DNA of 20,451 nt. Source: Octopus sinensis (taxonomy: Eukaryota). Under the pieces are notes generated by a model. That model did no database searches, was not told where the DNA came from, and worked only from the letters and a program-made list of their open reading frames with translations. This document shows positions 1-9,516 of the stretch, one piece after another. The translations under genes and the position numbers were made by a program. The DNA lies in the NCBI RefSeq assembly GCF_006345805.1, contig NW_021823986.1:1-20451 (forward strand), in the 5' to 3' direction. Numbering within the stretch: the first letter of the stretch is position 1; the number at the start of each line of letters is the position of its first letter.

Positions 1-142
1 AAATCCTGCTACGGCCAACTTTGCTCTTCATCTATGGTACTTCACTGGTACTTTATATAAAATAAAGCAACAGTCAAGACCTGAGAGCCAGTTCAATCCA
101 CTAATGCCCCTCCCCTCTAAATTTCTGGACTTGTTCCTATTT
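1..142 (+). mobile_element. Degraded SINE family B fragment, cut by window start
   Basis: AAATCCTGCTACGGCCAACTTTGCTCTTCATC and CCCCTCCCCTCTAAATTTCTGGACTTGTTCCTA resemble the core and tail of the reverse complement of the copy at 5481-5680. Confidence 0.5.
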
Positions 143-221
143 TACATACAATTGTTCTAAAGACTAAAATGTAATGATGGAATATTTTCAGGTCCATCTT
201 GGTTGAAACAAAATTGATTAA

Positions 222-442
222 CCCTTTCGTTACTAACCCGGCTAAAACCGGCTCTGGCTCTGTAATATAAATGTCTTGTTTTCATAAGTTTTGAATTAAA
301 ATCTTCCACCAAACCTTAGTCACAATTACTGTTCCTATCACTAGCTGAATGATAACTAAGTTATTTTACTAAATTCTTTGTCATATCTAAAATAATTGAG
401 AGAAACACAGAGCATCTCAAAATAAATACAGTAACGAAAGGG
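222..442. mobile_element. piggyBac-like MITE (221 bp)
   Basis: Perfect 13-bp TIRs CCCTTTCGTTACT (222-234) and AGTAACGAAAGGG (430-442). TTAA at 218-221 and TTTAA at 443-447. CCC...GGG ends with a TTAA target are piggyBac hallmarks. Confidence 0.8.
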
Positions 443-528
443 TTTAACCCAAAAATTAATCGGATAAACTATCAATGATAGGCAGCTATATTAATGGAAC
501 TTGGAGATAGTTTTAATTCCTTCTATCT

Positions 529-550
529 TTATATACATACATATACATAT

Positions 551-590
<40 letters not shown>

Positions 591-613
591 CACACACACA
601 CACAAATGTATAT
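529..613. repeat. (TA)n/(CA)n compound microsatellite
   Basis: Read directly from the sequence. Confidence 0.95.
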
Positions 614-667
614 ATTCCTTTGTTCTTCCATTATACACTTAAATGCATACATATATCTGTATAATTA

Positions 668-890
668 TTTCTTTACTGCCCACAAGGGGATAAACATACA
701 GGGGACAAACAAGGACAGACAGAGGGATTAAGCCAATAACATTGACCCCAGTGTGTAACTGGTACTTATTTAATCAACCCCGAAAAGATGAAAGACAAAG
801 TGAACCTCGGCGGAATTTGAACTCAGAACGTAAAGACAGACAAAATACTGCTAGGCATTTCGCCCGGTGTGCTAACGTTTCTGCCAGCTC
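668..890 (-). mobile_element. tRNA-derived SINE family B
   Basis: Minus strand reads GAGCTGGCAGAAACGTTAGC (A-box-like), then GAGTTCAAATTCC (B box), then CTTTGTCTTTCATCTTTTCGGGGTTGATTAAATAAGTACCAG. From memory the last part resembles the MetaSINE central domain. Homologous to 5481-5680 and 17763-17855. Confidence 0.85.
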
Positions 891-1021
891 ATAGTAATAT
901 ATATCCTCAGAGAATATATATTATCAGGATATATTATTATACAGTTATTACTATACTATGTGTCTACCATAGTAGCTTTCTCTCTGTAACTTACAAAGCC
1001 TTCTGTGTTTGTTTACAAATA

Positions 1022-1358
1022 TTAGTCAAAGAAATCAATCCCAGGACTTATTCTTTGTAAGCCTAGTACTTATTCTATTGGTCTCTTTTGCCGAGCCGTT
1101 AAGTTACAGGGACATAAGCACACTGGCATCAGTTGTCAAGTGATGGTGGGGGTACAAACATAGACACAAAGACACATACATGTAAATACACACACATATT
1201 TGACAGACTACTTTCAGTTTCTGTTTACCAAATCCACTCACAAGGCTTTGATCAACCTAAGCCTATAGTAAAACACTCTTGTTCAAGGTGCCAAGCAGTG
1301 GGACTGAACCTGGAACCATGTGGTTGGGAAGCAAACTTCTTACCACAAAGCCATGCCT
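1022..1358 (-). mobile_element. SINE family A, older subfamily, 3' tail missing
   Basis: Diverged match to 1991-2406. Head on minus reads GGCATGGCTTTGTGGTAAGAAG...GGTTCAGTCCC. Confidence 0.9.
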
Positions 1359-1544
1359 AAATAATTTTAGTTTTTAAAGTAACATCACTTTCTCACAACA
1401 TGAAATATTTCTAATTCGAGCTTTTAGTATATATTCTCTAAATTTGGCTGAAACCGATGGGTGAGTGTTTGGCCTAGTGAGATGTGCAAGGAGCTGTGTT
1501 AGCATTGATTTGTGGGTTCAATTCTAGCTAGGGTTAGCTCATCA

Positions 1545-1800
1545 TATTTTGGTTATTTGTTTGTATTTAAAAATTGTAATGAAAATTGTTCAAATTGAAG
1601 TCCTTCTTTTGTGACACATTTTTCCATTTGAGTCAATAAAAAATTAAAGATGGTATTTATGGAATTTTGATTTACTATCAGGTGACTTTTGGCCAATCTT
1701 GTGTATATGTATATATAGAATGATTGTCGTCATTTCTTTCTCTTTTGCCTGCGTTGTTTGCCTTTTAAGTGCTGTGGTTTTACTGAGATCTCCCTTTTAA
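1545..1800 (-). pseudogene. Decayed C-terminal part of a Penelope-like GIY-YIG endonuclease
   Basis: Minus translation GDLSKTTALKRQTTQAKEKEMTTIILYIHIHKIG...KF, then after frameshifts HKRRTSI/EQF/ITIFK. From recall this fits the PLE endonuclease end (H-I-x-x-C ... R-x3-E-x2-FI-x2-F-x2-LN). Adjacent to the dispersed repeat at 1843-1990. Confidence 0.45.
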
Positions 1801-1842
1801 GTAGAAAGAATAGCCAAAACTCTTTTGACTGCTATTTCTATA

Positions 1843-1990
1843 TTCGGTGTGTGGTGAGGCAAATCGTTGCTAAACCCTTAATTACTTAGTATTACTTAAA
1901 CCTTCCTTGAATGGGGCTTTTACATGCTGAAATCTACTTGGTGAAATTAATGATTATTCCAAATTAATTAATTTCACCCTATATTATTAT
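1843..1990 (+). mobile_element. Dispersed repeat, putative PLE pseudo-LTR segment
   Basis: 1852-1990 is nearly the reverse complement of 9847-9986. 1843-1892 recurs in direct orientation at 9987-10036. Ends in TATTATTAT. Confidence 0.7.
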
Positions 1991-2406
1991 TACTCTTTAC
2001 TCTTACTCTTTTACTTGTTTCAGTCATTTGACTGCGGCCATGCTGGAGCACCGCCTTTAATCGAGCAACTCGACCCCGGGACTTGTTCTTTTGTAAGCCC
2101 AGTACTTATTCTATCGGTCTCTTTTGCCGAACCGCTAAGTAACGGGGACATAAACACACCAGCATCGATTGTCAAGCAATGCTAGGGGGACAAACACAGA
2201 CACACACATACATACACGCACACATATATATATATATATACATATATACGACGGGCTTCTTTCAGTTTCCGTCTACCAAATCCACTCACAAGGCTTTGGT
2301 CGGCCCGAGGCTATAGTAGAAGGCACTTGCCCAAGGTTCCACGCAGTGGGACTGAACCCGGAACCATGTGGTTGGCTAGCAAGCTACTTACCACACAGCC
2401 ACTCCT
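1991..2406 (-). mobile_element. SINE family A (tRNA head + CORE-like segment + internal microsatellite + (AAAGAGT)n tail), near full length
   Basis: Minus strand shows A box TGGCTGTGTGG, B-box-like GGTTCAGTCCC, CORE-like CCTTGGGCAAGTG and tail GCTCCAGCATGGCCGCAGTCAAATGACTGAAACAAGTAAAAGAGT. Eight long copies in the window. Confidence 0.95.
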
Positions 2407-2424
2407 ATATATATATATACATGA

Positions 2425-2716
2425 TGGACTTTGCTGTCAAAGACAATGTATGAGCATTCAGATTTTTTGCCGAGCAACCTGCACAAAGGATTCGTTTGCT
2501 GTGATCAAGTGTTCTCGCTGCCCATAAGCTCACTCTCCTTCCGTCAAATTGACGTTGCCTGAACAGCTGCACCGTGCACCATGCGTCAGGCGTCAAAGGG
2601 ATCATGGAGCAAGGCATGATGAAGTGTCTTGCTCAAGAATGCAACACACCACCCAGTCTAGGAATTAAACTCATGACACCATTAAATCAAGGGTGCAACA
2701 TCCTAAGCACTAAGTC
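2425..2716 (-). mobile_element. SINE with the family C/D-type head but a different body
   Basis: Shares TGAAGTGTCTTGCTCAAGAA..CAACAC and a degenerate tRNA head (CCTAAGCACTAAG) with 4653-4906 and 18638-18880. Left boundary uncertain. Confidence 0.65.
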
Positions 2717-2746
2717 CTTTAGTCTTTCATGCATTTCCCACATTCG

Positions 2747-2865
2747 GGGTAAAGACCCACTTTCCATCATGAATGGCCAGGGAATTGCACCTAGAAAGTT
2801 CCCTTCCTAGGCACAAGTCAAAACAAGTTTGTTTATGAAAAACCAGCAGTCAGTCATGCATACCA

Positions 2866-2866
<1 letters not shown>
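2747..2866 (-). mobile_element. SINE family D, 3' fragment
   Basis: GTAAAGACCC...CATGAATGGCCAGGGAATTGCACCTAGAAAGTT...CAGCAGTCAGTCATGCATACCA matches 12615-12733. Confidence 0.85.

Positions 2867-2868
<2 letters not shown>

Positions 2869-2902
<34 letters not shown>
2869..2902. repeat. (TG)n microsatellite
   Basis: Read directly from the sequence. Confidence 0.97.
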
Positions 2903-2903
<1 letters not shown>

Positions 2904-2958
2904 TGCTCCAGCATGGCCGCAGTCAAATGACTGAAACAAGTAAAAGAGTAAAAGAGTA
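2902..2958 (+). mobile_element. Isolated family A-type 3' tail
   Basis: GGTGCTCCAGCATGGCCGCAGTCAAATGACTGAAACAAGTAAAAGAGTAAAAGAGT is identical to the tail at 11008-11063. It lies between (TG)n and (TA)n. Confidence 0.9.
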
Positions 2959-2985
2959 TATATATATATATTTATATTTATATAT

Positions 2986-3161
2986 AGTTGAAATTTACAG
3001 AAAAACAAAAGACGAAGACAGGTGTATTAGTTTGATGGTTGGGAAGGTGAGAAAGTCTTTTACATTTCGAGCCTACGCTCTTCAACAGAAAGGAACACAA
3101 AGAAAGAGAGAGAGAGAAAATTAAAAAAACTAGTAGGTTTAGCAGTCAATCATGGCAACTG
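2986..3161 (-). mobile_element. Short Penelope-like fragment between two (TA)n tracts
   Basis: Contains a hammerhead-like motif (3057-3092) and has (TA)n on both sides. Confidence 0.6.
3057..3092 (-). ncRNA. Minimal type I hammerhead-like motif, variant core
   Basis: Minus strand: CTTT-CTGTTGA-A-GAGC GTAG GCTC-GAA-ATGT-A-AAAG. Stem I CTTT/AAAG and stem II GAGC/GCTC pair. Core reads CUGUUGA instead of CUGANGA, and stem III is ATGT instead of palindromic ACGT. Confidence 0.55.
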
Positions 3162-3194
3162 TAGATATATATATATATATATAACAAAGAAGAC

Positions 3195-3495
3195 AAAAGG
3201 ACCCCCCTTTGGTCATGAATGACCATGGGATTGCACCTTGAAAGTTTCCCTCTGCGGCACAAGTCCAGCAGTTGCCCATTCATACCAGCCTCCCCTCTCC
3301 ATGCCACCAATGTTATCCAAGAGAAAGAAAAAGGGGCCAATTCAGCTTGGCATCGGTGATGTTGTAACTCATTTCTACAGATGAGTGAAAATGGAGCAAA
3401 ATTAAATAAAATGTCTTGCTCAAGAACACAACACACAGCCTGGTCCAGGAATGGAACTCACCACCTCATGTTTGTGAGCCTGATGTTCTAACTGC
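3195..3495 (-). mobile_element. SINE family D, near full length with a short internal deletion
   Basis: Aligns to 12615-12881 along its length and also has a tRNA-like head (minus GAGTTCCATTCCTGGACC, B-box-like). Confidence 0.85.
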
Positions 3496-3799
3496 CTTCA
3501 AAGAGGTTTCTTAGAAAGAATATTTGGAGTGGATCAGTTAAAGTTTGTTGAGATGATTTGGGAAAGATTTCAAAGGATTCATCAATGTTTGCACAACTTT
3601 TATTTTGAAATATCAATAATTTATAATCAATAATATATAATCAATAATCAATATATAATGAAGTTATATGATTTTTATCATTTTAGTTTTTTTTTTTAAC
3701 CATCACAGCGAAGGTCATGGTTGGACACCATGTTATATACACAAGCCATTTATTTATATATATCTGTCCTTGTTTATCACTGATTTATTTATTACTGAT

Positions 3800-3951
3800 A
3801 CCAGAGGGCATACACTCTCCTACCCTGATGTAATCTCCAGGGATACAGGCATCCAGCAACAGGACCTCCGTAATGCCATGATGGACCATAAAGTCTGGCG
3901 TAGCATGGTAAATTCCATTGTCTCGACCACGGTCGAACAATGATGATGATG
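3800..3951 (+). mobile_element. Severely 5'-truncated RTE-type LINE 3' end with TSD
   Basis: Encodes TRGHTLSYPDVISRDTGIQQQDLRNAMMDHKVWRSMV...EQ*, an RTE-like C-terminus, followed directly by a (TGA)n tail. 9-bp direct repeat ATTACTGAT at 3791-3799 and 3952-3960. Confidence 0.85.
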
Positions 3952-4130
3952 ATTACTGATGCAGGATAACACAGTAAGCTCAATTATGGAACCATGATGT
4001 GCTTAACCCAGATTGATCTGGGATAACACGGATTAGCAATCAAAGATTCTCCTGGGACTACAAAAGAGTGTCCCAGCAACCATCCACAATGCTCAAGATG
4101 ACTTGGCATCTCAGAACGACTCCTATTTTA

Positions 4131-4345
4131 CATCTTCATCATCATCATTAAAGTCCGTTTTCCATGCTGGCATGGGTTGGACTGTCTGACAGGAGCTGGC
4201 CAGATGCCTAGGTTCCATGTCTCTTTTGGCAGCCCTTCCTAGCACCAACCACTTTACAAAGTTCACTAAGTGCTTTTATGCTGCACTGGCATGGGTGCCC
4301 CTATGTGGCACTGGCACAGGTGCTTTTATATGGCACTGGCACCCG
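4131..4345 (-). mobile_element. Degraded RTE 3'-UTR copy
   Basis: (CAT)n + GTCCGTTTTCCATGCTGGCATGGGTTGGAC...GCCCTTCCT..CCAACCACT match 13438-13600. Repeated GCACTGGCA motifs. Confidence 0.85.
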
Positions 4346-4652
4346 TGAGCCCCCAAAATTAGGAATCCTCAGCCAGAGAGAGATTCAGGGGACATGCCTC
4401 AAGCACATCATGATGCCTTTTCCTTCTTTTTGAACCAAGTACCAGTGATAAACGAGGGTAGATGCATTACATGCAGTAATTTAGACTAATTAACATTTGT
4501 TGGTTGATTAAAATAACTTAACTGTTATTGATAAGTTTTACAAAGATTTTGTTAAACAAAGAAATAGAATAAAACTGTTGTGAATTTATTGAGGCTTGGA
4601 TTACACCTCTTCTCACACTATATGAAAGGGGAATGGTGGGGAGGAGTAAAGG

Positions 4653-4906
4653 CAAAGGTCAAGGTCACCTCAAGTCATACCAATTCATAAGGGCTGGTTT
4701 CTTGGTTTTCATGGTGTATAAATCCACCCCCGGATGGGACCCCAGTCCCTCTTAGGGTTACTCATTTTTGCCAGCTGAGTGGACTGGATCAATGTGAAAT
4801 GAAGTGTCTTGCTCAAGAACACAACACGTTGCCCAGTCTAAGAATCAAACCCACAAACTTACAATCATGAGTCTAACACCCTAACCACTGAGCCACGAGC
4901 CTCCAC
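4653..4906 (-). mobile_element. tRNA-derived SINE family C
   Basis: Minus head GTGGAGGCTCGTGGCTCAGTGGTTAGGGTG (A box) and GGTTTGATTC (B-like). TTACTCATTTTTGCCAGCTGAGTGGA is shared with 18638-18880. Confidence 0.9.
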
Positions 4907-4998
4907 AAGTTGAGTGTGGGGGGGGGGCCTTATGAGGGCATTGTTTTATTTCATTGATTCTTTTTTAAATTTAAGTTTTCAAATATTTATTTTTAATT

Positions 4999-5404
4999 AG
5001 TGGCTGTGTGGTAAGTAGCTTGCTAACCAACCACATGGTTCCGGGTTCAGTCCTACTGCGTGGCATCTTGGGCAAGTGTCTTCTTCTATAGCCCCGGGCC
5101 GACCAATGCCTTGTGAGTGGATTTGGTAGACGGAAACTGAAAGAAGCCTGTCGTATATATGTATATATATATGCGTGTGTGTGTTTGTGTGAGTGTGTTT
5201 GTCCCCCTAGCATTGCTTGACAACCGATGCTGGTGTGTTTACGTCCCTGTCACTTAGTGGTTCGGCAAAAGAGACCGATAGAATAAGTACTGGGCTTACA
5301 AAGAATAAGTCCCGGGGTCGATTTGCTCGACTAAAAAAAAAAGGCGGTGCTCCAGCATGGCCGCAGTCTGAAACAAGTAAAAGAGAAAAGAGAGTAAAAG
5401 AGAG
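4999..5404 (+). mobile_element. SINE family A, young subfamily
   Basis: Nearly identical to 10668-11074. Confidence 0.95.
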
Positions 5405-5480
5405 ATTACAATATATTGAAATGAATTAGATGAAATGAATTATCCACTAATTGGTTATAATTAAATGAATCTTCCAATAT

Positions 5481-5680
5481 TCTTTACTACTCTAGGCACA
5501 AGGCCCAAAATTTCGGGGGAGGAGGCCAGTCAATTAGATCGACCCCAGTATGCAACTGGTACTCTATCAACCCCAACAGGATGAAAGGCAAAGTCAATCT
5601 TGGCAGAATTTGAACTTAGATCATGAAGACAGACAAAATACTGCTAAGCATTTCACCCAGCTTGCTAAGGTTTCTGCCAA
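5481..5680 (-). mobile_element. SINE family B
   Basis: Aligns with 738-890 (GACCCCAGT..AACTGGTAC..GATGAAAG..GAATTTGAACT..AAGACAGACAAAATACTGCTA). Its tail differs from that copy. Confidence 0.88.
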
Positions 5681-5730
5681 CATGCCACTTTGAATCTTCC
5701 AATAATGGAACTCTGAACTATAAGCTCCAT

Positions 5731-5732
<2 letters not shown>

Positions 5733-5776
<44 letters not shown>

Positions 5777-6140
5777 AGAGAGAGAGAGGGGGTGAGATGA
5801 GCGAGGGAAAGAGAGGGAGGGAAGGAGATGGAGGGAAGGAGAGGGGGAGAGGGAGACAAAGAGAGAGAGAGAGACAGACAGATAGACAGAGGAAGAGACA
5901 GAGACTGAAAGAGTGAGAAAGAGAGACAGACAGACAGAGGGAAAGAGAAACTGAAAGAGAGAGAGAAAGAGGGAGGGAGAGACAGAGGAAGACAGAGACT
6001 AAGAGAGTGAGAGAGAGAGGGAGAGGGAGGGAAGGAGGAGAGAGAGAAGGAGGGAAGGAGGAGGGAGAGAGAGAAGAGAGAGAGAGACAAAGACAGAAAC
6101 TGAGAGAGGAAGAGAGGGAGGGAAAGAAAGAATGAGAGAG
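5733..6140. repeat. (TG)20 followed by a ~365-bp GA-rich polypurine tract
   Basis: 5733-5772 is pure TG. 5776-6140 is almost entirely A/G (GAGA, GACA, GGGA units). Confidence 0.95.
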
Positions 6141-6304
6141 ATTACTCGAATCCATCCAAGTACCCGTCCACTTGTTTGTTGACCGAAGACTTAAATGTCC
6201 CCTTGTATTCTCTGCTGCCAGCTAATGCGCTGGGTGCTGGTGGTCAACTTGTGGCCCTTCAGTTCTTCAGTCTAACAGGTTTGACCAAACAGGCATGGAG
6301 AAAT

Positions 6305-6397
6305 ACACAAGTACTAAGCTCACCATGACCGACTAAAAATATGTCAAAGTTGGTGCTCCAGCATGGTCGCAGTCCAATAACTGAAACTAGTAAAGGA
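6305..6397 (+). mobile_element. Degraded SINE 3' end with family A-type tail
   Basis: AAGTACTAAGCT...GACTAAAA...GGTGCTCCAGCATGGTCGCAGTCCAATAACTGAAACTAGTAAA. The element may extend upstream to about 6160. Confidence 0.7.
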
Positions 6398-7074
6398 ACA
6401 GTGAAAGAGGTTATTTAAGCCGATTCTTGAAATAATCGGAATGCGAAAGCCAAGCTTCTGTGTTGGCCATTCTGTCACAGAACTCGTTTACATCAAATTG
6501 CAATGTCTGTTGGCGACTGAAGAATGTGTTACGAGTGTGAAACTCTTTGGCAGAGAATTACCTCACCTCAAACTACCTATCTGTATAGGTTCACTTATCT
6601 TTTACTCCAAACATTCAGAGCAAACACCAAATCGTTACCTTCCCTCATTAAATAGGTGAACTTCTATAGGTAATGTGTTCTGAATGTCGTCCACAGACGG
6701 AAGAATGTATCAAAACTGCAATACTGTGGCTGATTTAGCCGATCTTTGGCATAAAATTGTTTTACTTTCAGCATCTATTAATGCAAGCACTGACACATAT
6801 CATTCCAACGACCAATATTTCCAGTAGATTTTTGTTATATTTCGTCAGAAATTATAATTTTTTTGTGCTTTTGTCATTAACATCTTACCTTTCATTCCCT
6901 CAGACCTTTCTACCTGAGTACTAAAGCAAGTATTTATGTATTAACACACGTGATGAATATATAATATCAAATACACACACCCCCACAAAAGGTATTCACA
7001 TAATACGTTAATATAAAACAATCGCTTAATGGCAAAATACATGCTAGGCCAAAATAATTTATACCACAACACAT

Positions 7075-7123
7075 TATATACATACATGTATCCCTATACA
7101 TATATACATGTACATGTATATAT

Positions 7124-7168
<45 letters not shown>

Positions 7169-7344
7169 ATATATATATATATATACACCACAGATCTATA
7201 AATATATGTACGTATATATATATATATAGTGTGTGTGCATATATATATATATATGTATATATAACATGTGTACATATATATTTATATATATATATATATA
7301 ATATATATATATGTATGTATGTGTTTATATTTATATGTATATAC

Positions 7345-7386
<42 letters not shown>

Positions 7387-7432
7387 ATGTGTGTGTATAT
7401 ATATATGTATATACAGGTATATATATATTTAT
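7075..7432. repeat. Interrupted (TA)n field
   Basis: Read directly from the sequence. Confidence 0.95.
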
Positions 7433-7489
7433 AATGTTTCAATAAATGTCGCTTTAAATCGGAGTAAATATATTATTATATAGTTGATA

Positions 7490-7588
7490 TTGTATGTATA
7501 TATGTGTGTGTGTGTGTGTGTGTATACATGTGTATATATATGTGCATATATGTGTATGTGTGTGTATGAATATATGTGTGGATGTATG

Positions 7589-7621
<33 letters not shown>

Positions 7622-7819
7622 ATGTTTGTGTATATATATAAATATATGTGTGTCTATATGTTTGCATATATGTGTATGTGTGTGTATGAATATATGTATG
7701 TGAATGTATGTATATATATATGTATGTGTGTGTGTATGTTTGTGTATATATATAAATATATGTGTGTCTATATGTTTGTATATATGTGTATGTGTGTGTA
7801 TGAATATATGTGTGTGTGA

Positions 7820-7861
<42 letters not shown>

Positions 7862-8086
7862 ATGTTTGTGTATATATATAAATATATGTGTGTCTATATG
7901 TTTGCATATATGTGTATGTATGTGTATGAATATATGTGTGTGAATGTATGTATATATGTGTGTGTGTGTGTGTATGTTTGTGTATATGTATATATATATC
8001 AATATATGTGTGTCTATATGTTTGCATATATGTGTTTGTGTGTGTGTGTGTGTGAATATGTGTATGTGTGTGTGTATATATGTGTG
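7490..8086. repeat. ~120-bp higher-order minisatellite built from TG/TA dinucleotides
   Basis: Anchor TGTCTATATGTTTG recurs at 7651, 7765, 7891 and 8011 (spacings 114, 126, 120), with a degenerate unit near 7531. Confidence 0.9.
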
Positions 8087-8780
8087 CTATGAAAATAAGA
8101 ACAATGGATAGGTAGGCAGTGGCATTTACCATCCATCCATCCGTATTCTAGTAAACCAAACGACAAACGACAAACAAGAAACAAAACTCCAGCAATACTG
8201 GAGTTCACAATGGAGAATTATTGATTTTACCGCCAGTGGAAGAGAGTTCGATTCAGCCTTGCAACAGTCTTTAGAATCTGCTGTGTAAAAGCTGACCGAC
8301 TGACAACAATAGCATTTGTTTGGTTAATAGGATATTAATATACATACATTATACATACATTACACACACATTAATGTGTTTAGAATTTCTGAATTCTTGT
8401 AAAGAGAGAACAAACTCTTCTTCGTGGCTGCTGCAGAGTTTATGGCATTGGTCGGTCTGTCTGTTAGTCACCGCCCACCTCATCGTTCAGTTTTGGTCAT
8501 ATTTTCTCCTTCCTCCCTTTGTTTGATGTTGACTTTTCTTAAATTCCTCCCACCACCACCCCACCTACAAAGCTATTCCTCCTTTCTCATCTCTCTCTCT
8601 CTCTCTCTTTTCTTTCAGATTCCTTTACCTGGGGTCATTGATCATGTCTTGCGTATTTTATACACCACCTTTTATTTATATACACACACAAATATTACTA
8701 CCAGTGTGTACATGGTGAAACGCATACATTTCTTCACATGTGTCATTCTATGTATGTGTGTGTGTGTATATATATATATT

Positions 8781-9129
8781 TCTTTTTCTTTTTCTTTTTA
8801 CTTGTTTCAGTCATTTGACTGCGGCCATGCTGGAGCACCGCCTTTTAGTCGAGCAAATCGACCCCGGGACTTATTCTTTGTAAGCCCAGTACTTATTCTA
8901 TCAGTTGTCAAGCAGTGCTAGGGGGACAAACACAGACACACAAACACATACACATATATATATATACATATATACGACAGGCTTCTTTCAGTTTCCATCT
9001 ACCAAATCCACTCAAAAGGCATTGGTCGGCCCGGGGCTATAGCAGAAGACACTTGCCCAAGGTGCCACGCAGTGAGACTGAACCCGGAACCATGTGGTTG
9101 GTTAGCAAGCTACTTACCACACAGCCACT
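8781..9129 (-). mobile_element. SINE family A with a 51-bp internal deletion
   Basis: Matches 17929-18422, except that TTCTATCAGTTGTC joins two sites that are 51 bp apart in full copies. Confidence 0.95.
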
Positions 9130-9145
9130 TACCACAGAATATATA

Positions 9146-9339
9146 TATTCTTTTATTTGTTTCGATCATTTGACTGTGGCCATGCTGGAGCACAGCCTTT
9201 AGTCAAGCAAATCAACCCCGGACTATTTCTTTGTAATCCTAGTGCTTATTTTTCGCCAAACTGCTAAGTTATGGGGACATAAACACACCAACATCGGTTG
9301 TCAAGTGATGGTGGGTGGACAAACACAGACACATAACAA

Positions 9340-9395
<56 letters not shown>

Positions 9396-9473
9396 GCAAC
9401 GGGCATCAGTTGTCAAGCGATGGTGCGAGGACAAACACAGACATGCAAATATATATGCACACACACACACACA

Positions 9474-9516
<43 letters not shown>

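Noticed and set aside
2169-2453. Recurrent peptides such as GLNPEPCGW and TEPGTMWL in several ORFs, suggesting a gene family
   Set aside because: All are antisense translations of the family A SINE head.
4006-4077. Two 7-bp hairpins (CCCAGAT/ATCTGGG and CTGGGAC/GTCCCAG)
   Set aside because: Short, with no recognisable RNA family or element ends.
4860-4906. tRNA-like A/B boxes here and in other SINE heads as tRNA genes
   Set aside because: No complete cloverleaf; each continues into a SINE body.
5623-6155. Ser/Leu-rich and Glu/Arg-rich ORFs
   Set aside because: Products of the GA/TC low-complexity tract.
6508-6556. CTGAAGA...GAAAC hammerhead-like motif
   Set aside because: Stem II is mostly G-T wobble, there is no UH cleavage site after the CTCT/AGAG stem, and no stem I.
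6574-6672. Imperfect inverted repeat TACCTAT...GTTCAC / GTGAAC...ATAGGTA as a MITE
   Set aside because: Needs a gap and mismatches, shows no clear TSD, and is single copy here.
6883-6925. Minus-strand micro-exon with AAG|GTAAGA donor
   Set aside because: The acceptor is weak and ambiguous; such motifs are expected by chance in 20 kb.
6967-8132. Many overlapping 66-218 aa ORFs (YIYI, HTHT, CVCV)
   Set aside because: Translations of TA/TG/CA repeats that rarely produce stop codons; not genes.
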